Shown piece by piece: positions 1 through 11,700 of a DNA stretch of 64,000 nt; position 1 is the stretch's first letter, and each line of letters starts with the position of its first letter. Origin of the DNA: Candidatus Anderseniibacteriota bacterium (GTDB taxonomy: Bacteria > Patescibacteriota > Andersenbacteria > UBA10190). The stretch lies in the NCBI GenBank assembly GCA_040900375.1, contig JBBDZC010000018.1, positions 567 through 64,566 of the forward strand, in the 5' to 3' direction. The notes below the pieces were generated by a model. The model saw only the letters and a list, made by a program, of their open reading frames with translations. It was not told the DNA's origin and searched no databases. The position numbers and the translations under genes are program-made.

Positions 1-2156
1 GCTTGAAGTTCGGATGCTGCTCTTTAAAGTACACTTGAAAGTCCTGACCTGGTTCTTTGTTGTAGTCATCAATGAAGATAGTATTAGCCCGCAACACCGC
101 CGGGAAAGTAGTAATCGTGGGATTGAAAGGATGTCCATTAAAGTTAGCGTCAATTGCAATGTAGGGACGGCTACTATTTGATGGCGCGGCAAAAGTGGTT
201 CGTCGTAAAATCATGTGTTGAGCGACAACCTGCACTGACGGAGTGCTCGGCGGGGCAATGAAGACATTGGTAGAATTACGGAGATTAGAATCTTCTACTA
301 CTAACGACGCATTGAACTCCGCAATACCAACCTTAGTGTTTTGAATATCCGCGTGTCGTACAATCGAAGGCCTCGCTGACGTGGCCATCTCAAGACCGGT
401 ACCCGATTCACGAACAATGAAACCATCTATCAAAGCTTGCGTATCATAAATGCGAGCTACTGAATTGTTAACCCGCCAGGCCCGTAGCTCTTGTATGGCA
501 TGAGGACCGGTGTCGGTGATGGTAATGCCCGTCTGAATTCGCCCATAGAGTTCATTGCCTTTAAACTCCACAAAGGGCGTCCCATCTGTCCAGAAGGATA
601 CTTGAGTAGTCTCAGTGGGGTTAGCCATGTTCGCCCCACGGATTTTTGGGTAGGTAAAATTGGGCCAGGTCAAACTTGCTTTTCCCCAGGCTGCGTAGCC
701 ATGAGCCGTAAATCGCTTCTGCGGATCAAGGCGCGCTCCGCTCGCGGCCACGTTATCACGAAATGTATTATTTGTTCCAGCCATCCAAAAAGGATCACCA
801 TCAATGCCATCAAGACCATTCACCCGCGTTTTCTCTCCACCACTAAAATTTAGGGAGAAATTATGGATGAATTCATTATAAGATTCTCGCCCATCCTCTG
901 CTGCAATCCCCGCTCCTTCTCCATCGTGGACCACGTTATCTTGAATGAGAATGTAGTGGGTATTATGTACCGTCATATTCCATTTGGTCGCACCATCAAT
1001 GGCATTACCAATTACTTTCCCTTGATATCCAGTGTTACTGGAATTACGGGGACCCCATAGATGATGCATGTGAAAGGCGTAGCGGCCAATTTGGTTGGTG
1101 CCCACTTTTGTAAGCTGCCCTTGTGCATCAAACGTGGCGTTATCTAAGGCAAAAGCTCGCGTGCGGCCTAAGTCTTTAAACTGGACGTACCGTACATCAA
1201 GATTCGCCCGGTGGAGATATATTGTATGACCGCGAACTCCGGCGGGGTTGGCGGAGCGCAGTATAATATTGCGTGTCACGTTGCCCAGATGAGGACAAAG
1301 CTTTTCGCCATTAACCAGAGTAGTGATAGTAGTGCCATCACCATCTCGCGCACAGAGATGATCATACTTTAAGGGAGAAGTCATGGTGAGCTGCGTTCCG
1401 TTAATAGCCGTGATAATAAAACGCTCATCTTGATCCATCCCTCCATCGCTTTGGCCAACCGTGCGCGTATCCGGCAGCACTACCTCGTCCCCTACCCGCC
1501 ACCCAGTTGGGGCTTGGTGCAAAGTAAAGGTGGTTTGGCCCGCTTTAGGTTCCTGTCCCAGACGAACAAAAGTGGGATTCTTTACCGCCCCGTGCATAGT
1601 AACATTCCCGAAAGCAATCAGCCCGTTACCATACTGCTTAGGGTCAATGCCAGGATTTCCTACCACTCCTGTCTTAAGAGGCGCGTCAGGAAAAACAATC
1701 TCTGCCTTTACCGCAGCGGGTATCGGGTTTTGCGCCGTACCAATAGTAAGCGTGCCCGGCGCAGGCATTATCATTAAGTCAGCGACAGTAAGGCGAGTGT
1801 TTTTTGTAGTGGAGAAAGCTAGTGTTCCATTAACCTCGATACAATCAAGGGCTGCCTCGCTCTCGACATCATAGGTTACGCTTGTGCCAGCGCCGATTCC
1901 TACTTTATCCCCCGTTGTCGGCAGGCGGTTGAGTGACCACGTAGTGGGGTCAGACCAGGCGCCATTCTTGACGCTACTAATTGTCGGGCTGGCACAAAAG
2001 CGAGGAATAGTATCAGAGGGTGCTTTTACGTGCGTGGCAGTCACTTCAAGCTCTCCTGGGGTAGTTTGGGCAAAGGTGATGAGAGGGAGAAAGAAGAGCA
2101 CAGCAATAACTGTAAGGATTCGTACATTATCACGTGGTGGGGGAAGAAAAGTCATA
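1..2156 (-). CDS. Secreted G8-like / right-handed beta-helix protein, partial (C-terminus runs off the window start)
   Basis: The reverse complement from 2156 downward is an open frame starting with ATG at 2156-2154: MTFLPPPRDNVRILTVIAVLFFLPLITFA|QTTPGELEV... This is a signal peptide with an A-x-A-like cleavage site. The motif WSDPTTWSLNRLPTTGDKVGIGAGTSVTYDV...LDCIEVNGTLAF resembles a G8 domain (recalled from memory, not searched). Later segments (HNTHYILIQDNVVHDGEGAGIA, NNTFRDNVAASGA) look like parallel beta-helix repeats. No ATG-initiated minus-strand ORF from 2156 appears in the ORF track, which fits a frame that leaves the window without a stop. All plus-strand ORFs here are short and in mixed frames. 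Confidence 0.6.
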
Positions 2157-2167
2157 TGAACAATAAT

Positions 2168-2578
2168 TTAGAACGTATGGCCCCCGCTGTGGCTTACTGG
2201 TTGTGGAGAAACGAGTATCTCTTCCTCTGGCATCAGTAGCTCCGGCGCCGCGACGGCTGTCTGTAAACATGCTTGATAGGCCGCTTCCGCTCCAATAGTG
2301 CGACACTCATAATCATGCTCGGCGGGAAATTCACCACAGTGAATAATATGCCCCTGCTTAACTTGCTCACAGTGAGCCTCGGATGCGAGTGTTGATGCGT
2401 CTTCACTTGGTGCTGTCGCTACTTCAGATGGTACTACCTCTTCTTCAATAATATTTGGCTGCTCTAGTAGATTATACAGACGAGCCTGTAAAAGCCCGCC
2501 TTGGTAGAAAGAAAGCACCACAAAGAGAAGGGCGATTACGGCAACAAACGTTAGGACAACTACGGTGCGCTGGGCCAT
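2168..2578 (-). CDS. Hypothetical small membrane-anchored protein, immediately upstream of the G8-like gene in the same orientation
   Basis: 136-aa ORF with an N-terminal hydrophobic helix (VVVLTFVAVIALLFVVLSFY) and an acidic C-terminal part. Its stop lies 12 nt from the ATG of the G8-like gene, so it is probably co-transcribed. No recognisable family. Confidence 0.45.
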   Translation of the reverse strand: MAQRTVVVLTFVAVIALLFVVLSFYQGGLLQARLYNLLEQPNIIEEEVVPSEVATAPSEDASTLASEAHCEQVKQGHIIHCGEFPAEHDYECRTIGAEAAYQACLQTAVAAPELLMPEEEILVSPQPVSHSGGHTF

Positions 2579-2701
2579 ATCAAGAAGGATGTGAACAGTT
2601 CTAGCACTACCAGTGTAGCATAAATTTTTTTATTAAACCATGATTTATTTCTCTGTTTTTCCCCTATTCTATAATCAATCTATTTTGGCTACACTTACTC
2701 C

Positions 2702-5700
2702 ATGCATCCGGTGTGGAGCTATCCTTTTAGGCATGCGCGGCTGGGGCGATTTCTCGTCAGTAGTTTGCTCGCTTTTTTATTGTCCTTCTCTCCGATCTTT
2801 CCGCTCATTACCTGGTATGGCATTGCCACGACCCTCTCGGTGATTGCGGCTACCTTAGCCCCCACACCCTCTCTCCTCGACGATGCTCGGGATAAACCAA
2901 CTCCACCATCATCTCTGCCCGTATCCCCTACTCCCTCACCGACGGTCGCCGAGCCACTCACGACGACGGTTGAACACATTTTAACTGAAGTGAGCGAAGC
3001 AGTGCCCGCTATCTCACTGGGAGATGAGACTAACGCTCCGGTGCACAGCCAGGTGGTGCTCCCGGAACTACGACAACAAGCCGAGCTGATACACTTACCC
3101 GTAACGGTTGTATCTGCCGCCGAGCTCCTCGTGCTCCCGGAACCCGATGTGCCCGCCACGGCCGATCTTACCTTTGCGCTCAAGGTCGAGTTGCCTCGTG
3201 AGTTAGTGCGTAGGCAAGGAGCGACAGCAGGAGCGGCCCCAGCGATTGAGGCGGCCGCAGAAGCGGTGCTCGAGACACCACCGCTTGAAGAACTACCGAC
3301 AGGTAGTGTGCCCCCGAGTGTGGCAGAAATTCTGACACCCAGCCCGAGTCCTTCTCCCTTCGACGATGTTCGGGGTAAACCAAGCCCGACACCCATCTCT
3401 TCTTTCACACCCTTGAGTGAACTTGATGGCGAAGCGAATGAATCTTTTCCGGCCGAGCCTTCGCCAGCGCCCTTTGATACTCCTCCTGTACCTTCCCCTT
3501 CACCGCTGGTTCGCCTCTGGCAGTTCTTGACGGCACATACCCCGACAGTCTCGGCGGCGCTCTTCCCTCCCGAGGAGGCGCCGGCAACTGCCGTAGCCGT
3601 CACGGTGACTGATCCGCTGGGCGAGCCGGTCACTATTATCCCTGTGATCACCGAGGAGGCTGGCCAGGCACTCGTACGCATCCCGCAGGCTCCCACTCAG
3701 TTTCGCCCAGGAAAATATCACCTGATGGTGAGCGTGGTTGAAGGCGACCATGTACTCCAAGCCGAGCAAGACTTCACCTGGGGTGTCCTGGCCTTAAATC
3801 TCAACCAATCAACGTATGAGCCGGGCGAGACCGCCAGTATTGGTATGGCAGTGTTAGATGATGCAGGGCATACACTCTGCGATGCCGATCTTACCTTGGT
3901 CATTACGGCGCCCTCGGGTGCAGTCACGACGCTTTCTACCGCCGAGCAGTCTATCACTACTTCCCCCACCTGCGTTGATCAAAGCGTGACCGATCTGCCC
4001 GATTATGCTACCAGCTACACACCGCAAGAGTTGGGCACCTACGCGCTCAAACTCACGGCGGTAACGGCCAACGGCACCCGGGAGATGCAGCAGTTCTTTA
4101 CAGTTGAGAGTGAGGCTCCCTACATAGTCAGCCGCCAGGGTAGCATGCGTATCTTTCCTTTAGCTGCCTATACTATGAAGGTCACTGTCACGGCCGCGCA
4201 AGACTTCCGGGGCAAGCTCACCGAAACTGTCCCCGGGAGCTTTGCTTTATCGGCGGCCACACTAACTAGGTCCGGGACTACCGAGCGCGGTAATTGGTCA
4301 CTCGACATTCATCCCGATGAGACAACTAAACGCCTTGTCTGGGACAATGTGGAGCTCTCGGCTGGGCAATCGGCGACACTTTCCTACACCTACGACGCGC
4401 CGGATATCAGTCCCGAGTTTTATTTATTAGGACCGCTCGAAGTAATCAGCAGCTCCGGCACCGATAACGACACGCCAGTCTGGCTCGAGCCGCGAGCCTG
4501 GCAGATAGCCGCCGACATCATCACCAATGGGGCTAATGCGATCGATGCGTTAGGGCAGTATGACGATAATCTTACGACACCAGGGCCGATTTACACCAAA
4601 GGGACAGGTCAAGACGCCCCCAATCGGTTGGGGTTGAATGCTCCTTGGTCTGACCCAGCGCTTGATAGTGTGAACAATCGTCTCTTTGTTCCAGACTCCA
4701 GTAACAACCGTGTCTTAGTCTACAACCTCAATGCGGATGATACGCTCATTGACCGCATTCCGGATAATGTCTTAGGCCAAGCTAATTTTTATACCAATGC
4801 ATCCGCCACGACGCAGGCGGGATTGAGCTTTCCTACCGGGCTGGCCTATGACAGTACCAACCAGCGCCTGTTTGTGGTAGATAGTGATAACAGCCGCGTG
4901 CTGGTGTTCGATGTGACGGCGATTACCGACGGCGAGAATGCGGTGAATGTATTGGGCCAAGCGAATTTTACTTCAAGCGGGCCAGCCACGACGCAGGCAG
5001 GGTTGAACTTCCCCCACAAAGCTGCATATGACAGTACTAATAGCCGGTTATTTGTGGCCGATAGTGGTAACAGCCGCGTGCTCGTGTTCGACGTCACCGC
5101 GATTACGAATGGTGAAAATGCGGTGAATATACTAGGGAAAACTAGTTTTACCTCGAGTCTCCCTGCAACCACGCAGTCGGGGATGAGCGATCCTATAGGG
5201 GTAGCGTATGACAGTACTAATAGTCGGTTGTTCGTGGCTGAAGAAGGCAACCACCGCGTTACGGTGTTCGATGTGACGGCGATTACTGATGGCGAGAATG
5301 CGGTGAATGTATTGGGCCAAGCGAATTTCACGTCGGCGGGCTCTGCCACCACCCAATCCGGGATGACCAGCCCCCGCGGGGTAGCCTACGACAGTACTAA
5401 TAGTCGGCTGTTTGTGCCTGAAAGGGGCAACCACCGCGTTACGGTGTTCGATGTGACGGCGATTACCGATGGCGAGAATGCGGTAAACGTACTGGGGCAA
5501 GCGAATTTCACCTCAAGTTCAAGCGCCACGACGCAGGCGGGGATGAGCAGTCCCCGCGGGGCAGCATACGACGCCACCAACAACCTGTTGTTTGTGACTG
5601 CTAGCGGTAACCACCGCATCACCGTCTATGACGTCACCGCGATTACCGATGGCGAGAATGCGGTAGACGCGTTAGGGCAGTATGATAATAGCTTAAGTGC

Positions 5701-8700
5701 CCCTGCTCCCATCTATACCAAAGGCAGCGCTCACAATGCGCCCAACAGATTAGGCATGAGTGTTACTCAAGGTGGGGTTATCTTCGATAGTACCAACGAT
5801 CGCCTCTTTGTCTCGGATTCTGGCAACGATCGTGTCTTGGTCTATAACCTTAATGCGAACGACACGCTCATTGACCGCATTCCCGATAACGTGTTGGGTC
5901 AAGCAAATTTCTATACGAATACTGGGGCCACGACGCAGGCAGGCCTCAATACCCCTCTTGGCCTAGCCTATGATAGTACCAACCAACGGCTATTCGTGAC
6001 TGATGCGAGTAATAACCGGGTGGTAATCTATGATGTCACCGCTATTACCGATGGCGAGAATGCCGTCAATGTGTTGGGGCAAGCAAACTTTACCACGGCG
6101 ACGGCCGCCACCACGCAAGCGGGAATGAGTAGCCCCCGCGGGGTAGCGTACGATAGCGCCAACCAACGATTATTCGTAGGCGATAGCACCAATAATCGTG
6201 TAGTGGTATTCGACGTCACCGCGATTACCGATGGCGAGAATGCGGTGAATGTATTGGGCCAAGCGAATTTTACTTCAAGCGGGGCAGCCACGACGCAAGC
6301 CGGAATGAACAATCCCCAGGGGTTGGCCTACGATAGTACTAACAGCCGGTTGTTTGTAGCTGACAGTAGTAACAACCGTGTCACGACGTTTGACGTCACC
6401 GCGATTACCGATGGCGAGAATGCGGCAAACGTGCTGGGGCAAACAAGCTTTACCGTAAGTACTGCCGCCACCACCCAGGCCGGGATGAGCACCCCCAGCG
6501 CGGCGGCTTACGATAGCACCAACAGCCGGTTATTTGTCAGCGCGACCGGCAATGACCGCGTGACGACGTATAATGTCGCGAGTATCACTAATGGCGAGAG
6601 TGCCGTGAATGTATTAGGTCAAGCTAATTTTACCTCAAGTGGAGAAGCCACTACTCAAGCGGGAATGGCTGATCCCCATGGGTTAGCCTACGACAGCACC
6701 AACAGCCGGTTATATGTAAATGATACTAATAACGATCGGATCATCGTTCATGATGCCGCTGATCCCACGATCACGTGGGACGGCGGGGGTACTGATGGCA
6801 CCTGTGGCGGTGGCGCCGGGGATGGCAATAAGTGGTCGTGTGCGGCGAACTGGAGCGGGGATGTTGTTCCCACTAGTGCTCATATCGCCACCTTCGATGG
6901 CACATCTACTAAAAACGCGACAATTGATGCCAACATTGACGTCTATGGTATTGACATTAATACGGGCTACACCGGGACCATTACCCAGGCCACGGGGGTA
7001 ACCGTCACGGTTGGTAGCGGAGGCTACGACCAAGCGGCGGGTACCTTTACGGGCAGTAATAGCGCCATTGACATCAATGGTGCCTGGGCGCTCTCGGGGG
7101 GGGCGTTTACAAGCACCAGCGGGGCACTCTCCGTCAGCGATGCTTTCACGATCTCGGGCGGGACGTTCACCCATAACTCGGGCACGGTGCAGTTCGATAC
7201 TACCGCCGCCACGATTACGCCTTCCACCGCGAGCTTCAACAATGTCTCGTTTACCAGCGCCGTAACAAAGACTATTGCTGCCAGCAACACTATAACGATA
7301 GTGGGCACGCTCACCCTCACCGACGGCAGCGTGAGCCAAACGACCATTCCGGCCACGGGCTCTATTGCCGCCCAGGGCGACATTACGCAAGCTTCCACGT
7401 TTGATGGTGGTACGGGCCGGCTGGAGATTACGGGGACGGCTACCCAGACTTTTACCGGCAATGCCACCACCACGGCGGGGAACCTACCTGACACCGAAAT
7501 TGACAAGAGCGGCGGCACCCTCACGCTCACCGGCACGATCCGGACTATTGGCCAGGGAGCCGGCGCCTGGACGTACACGACCGGAACACTTGATGCCGGC
7601 ACAAGCACGGTGGTAATGAATGGCGCAATGACTATCACGGGTTCGCATACGTTGAATAACGTCTCACTGCTGACGTCGGGAACGAGAACAATCGCCAACA
7701 ACAATACCCTCACCGTCACCGGCACCCTTACGCTCACCGATGGCTCGATCAATCAAACAACCATCCCGGCCACCGGCTCCATCGCTGCTCAAGGAAATAT
7801 CACGCAGGCGTCAACTTTTGATGGTGGTACGGGCCGGTTAGAGATTACGGGGAGTGCAGCGCAAACCTTCACGGGGAATGCCACGACCTCGGCCGGAAAT
7901 CTGCCAGACTTGGAGATTGACAAGAGCGCTGAAACGCTCACGCTCACCGGCACCATTCGTACGACTGGCCAGGGAGCTGATGCCTGGACGTACACCACCG
8001 GAACATTGGCTGCTGGCACCAGTACGGTGGTGATGGATGGAGCGATGACCATCACGGGTTCGCATACGTTGAATAACGTTTCACTGCTGACGTCGGGAAC
8101 CCGTACTGTTGCCTCTGGCACCACGCTCACAATCGTAGGCACTCTCACACTCACCGATGGGCAAATCAACACCGGCACCGTTGCCGCCCAGGGCAATATT
8201 ACGCAAGGCTCTGCGTTTGATGGTGGTACGGGCCGGCTGGAGATTACGGGGACGGCTACCCAGACCTTTACCGGCAATGCCACCACCACGGCGGGTAGTC
8301 TATCTCGCGTAGAGATTAACAAAAGCGGCGGAACACTGACACTCGCTGGCACGATTCGCACTAGTGGCCAAGGACCAGATGCCTGGACATACACAGCAGG
8401 GACTGTCGCCCCCGGCACGAGCACGGTAGTCTTTGACGGTGGAACAACCGTCACCGGCACGCAGACGTTCAACAACCTGGTAGTCCAAGGTTTCATGACG
8501 GTTGCCGACGGTAACACGCTGACGGTGACAGGTACCCTCACGCTCACCAGTGGGACCATTGTTCAAACGACAATTCCGGCCACGGGCTCTATTGCCGCCC
8601 AGGGCGACATTACGCAAGCTTCCACGTTTGGTGGTGGTACGGGCCGGCTGGAGATTACGGGAAGTGCGAATCAGACCTTTACCGGCAGTGCCGCCGACTC

Positions 8701-11700
8701 GACAGGGCTCCTCCCTAACCTCGAAATTGACAAGAGCGGCGGCACCCTCACGTTCACCGGCACGATCCGGACCGCTGTGGATTGGACATACACCGCTGGC
8801 ACACTCGACGCGACGACGAACGATTCGACGGTTATCTTTGGCGGGGCTTCGACGATCAACATCACTGGCTCGCACACGCTCGACAATGTGACTTTCGGCG
8901 ACAATTTCCAAGTGATCGTCAATATCGCTGATAACACGACGCTCACCATCGCCGGCACCCTCGCGCACACGAAGGCCCAAATCAATCAAACGACTGTCCC
9001 CGCCGCCGGGTCTCTTGCTGCGCAAGGCGATGTGACGGTTGGATCGGCTGCTCCCGGCGGGACTGCCGCCCTTACCTTCTCGGGAGGAAACGCGCAGACT
9101 TACACCGATAACGGCGGCACGAAGACGACAGGGACTGTTACTGTCAATAAGACGGCAGGGTCGGCCGTCACTCTCGCCACGGCCATGTCGTATACCGGCA
9201 CCGGCCAGGATCTCACCATTACCTCCGGCACGCTTGATCTCGCAGGTTTCAACCTCACCATCGCGGATGTCCTCACGGTCAACGGCGGCACCCTTACGGG
9301 GGAAACAGGCGCTGTTGATGTGAATGGCAGTGTCGTTTTGTCTTCCGGCACGCTCACCGCCCCCTCGGGCGCCTTCACTGTTGCCGGCGACTTCACCCAC
9401 AGTAGCGGCACCTTTACCCACAACTCTGGTACCCTCACCCTCGACGGCCCCGACCAAACCCTCGCGGGAGCCACCACCTTTCATAACTTAACCAAGACTG
9501 TCGCGACTGCTCGCACCTTAACCTTCCCGACTGGTTCAGCTAACAAGCAGACCATTGTGGGTACGCTGACCCTCCAAGGGGCATCAGGAGCCTTGCTCTC
9601 GCTGCGCTCGGCTTCCACCGGCACCCAGTGGCAGTTCGACCCTCAAGGCACCCGCACACTGTCCTTCTTAGACGTACAAGACAGCCACAATACCAATAGT
9701 ACGAGTATTGCCACGGCGGGCTTTAATATTACTGATAGTGGTAATAACACGGGCTGGTCGTTTAACCCTGAACCACCCTCTAACTTTGCGGGGACGGCCA
9801 TCTCCGGTACGGCCATCACCTGGACCTGGACGGATAACGCCACGGATGAAACGGGTTTCAAGCTCTTAGACGCGAGCGACACCGTAATTGCCACGATCAA
9901 CACTGCCAATGCGACTTCCTACACGGAAACCGGCCTCGCGGCTGGTACTGACTACAGTCGCAAACTGATTGCGTTCAATGGTGCTGGAGAATCAGCGGCC
10001 ACGAGTACAGTGACCGTCACCACGCTGACTTCACCTCCGACTGCCCCTGAACTGCGCTCACCGAGTAATGAAGCACTCTTAAACACCAATCTCCCCACGT
10101 TCTCCTGGAACAAGAGCACCGACAATGATGATGGGATGGCGACCTACACTCTCACTCTGGGCAGCCTGGTCCTCTCGGGGATTCCGGCGAGTGGCAGCAG
10201 TGCCTCTGACCCAGGGAGTAAAACCCACGTGGCTACCAGCTACACCGCCCAGTACTTTAATGAAAATGATGGCAATCCGGATAATGATTACATTGCCCTG
10301 ACGCTTAAAGACAGTGAGCGGGCGGATATCCCCCTTACTGACGGGGAACACTCGTGGTTCGTGACGGCGCACGATACGGCGGGGAACACCACCACCAGTG
10401 CCAGCCGCAGCTTCACGGTGGATACGCAGGCGCCCACGATTGGCAGTATCAGCTTTAGCCCGCCAGCGTTGTTGAGATCTGGCACCTACCGCTTACAGAG
10501 CGGCTCCCTGGCAGTCACCATCCCCCTCACCGATACCCAGGCCCTCCAGGAAGCCACCGTGACCTTTGCCCAGGCCCGCACGCTCTTTGGTCTCATCACC
10601 AGCTACACCACCCTCCAGAGTTCGACGTATGCCCTATCAGGGACTGCCCGGACGATCATCTTCGCTCCTCGGGAGGCCCTCACCGCGGGAGAGACGTACC
10701 GCATCAACATCACCGTCACTGATACCGCTGGGAACCGCAGGCTCCAGGACCTGACTCTCGTGGTGCTCACCCCCGAAGAGGCAGCCCGCGAGGCCGTTAT
10801 TGAACTCGATGCCGAGACGACGCCCATTGACATTATTATTGAGAAATTACGGGAGGCCTTACCGGATGCGCCCTTGAGTCTGCCGGATTTACAAGCGTCA
10901 GCGCTCCTGCGACGGGATCTGCAGGCCGAGCACTTCACCGCGTTCTGGCAGGGGTTACTAGGTAACCGCCTCATCGCCTGGGTACTCGATCACTTAGGTG
11001 GCTTTCCCCGTGCCCTCTTGGCAACTATTGATATCACCCAGAGCTTATGGGAGCGCTTATTGGCCCTCGCCATCCGGATAGCGGTGGCAGCCGGCACCAT
11101 GATTCGGGATACGAGCCTGGCGCTTGTCCATGGGGTCGTAGCAAGTGTTGATCGCGTCGCGCTCGAAACGACCACTGCCCAACGAATAGTCCGGCTACAG
11201 ACGGCCCGCGGGCTAGCACAGCTCGGCGCTCTCCTCGCCCAGCTGACGCCGACTCTTGGCGAACCGCTGCAGCAGGTGGGAGAAAGTTTAGCGCTGTCGC
11301 CGGATATAGGGATGGAGTATCGGGAGGAGCGCTTAACGACCCAGGCGCAGGTGAGTCGGATTAATACGCAATTACAGGCGGTGGGAAGCTTCTTCCGCGC
11401 CGGGTGGGAGACGGGTAGGGAGACGCGGGTGCGGACGGGACTCAAGAATCGGCAGGAATTGACACAAGGAACAGAACGGTTGCTGGGGCCGGTGGGGAGG
11501 TTGACAAAAACTCTGGCTCTTAAAACCCGAGCGACATACGAACTATGGCTGGATACTACCCCCACACATATTAGTAATGTCCGCGTGACCAAACTCACAC
11601 CGACGAGCGCGACCCTGGAATGGGATACTAACCACCTCGTCCGTTCCACTAAAGTTAACTACGGCACGACCACTAATTATAATCAGGAAGTTATTATCGA

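Noticed and set aside
2719-9484. Many long minus-strand ORFs (2719..3696, 4846..5352, 5132..5500, 6710..7390, 7024..7752, 7789..8559, 8300..9484 and others) inside the giant gene
   Set aside because: They are antisense to a continuous 9.4 kb sense frame, lie in GC-rich tandem-repeat DNA where stop codons are rare in all frames, and encode low-complexity Arg/Gly/Val-rich products with no motifs.
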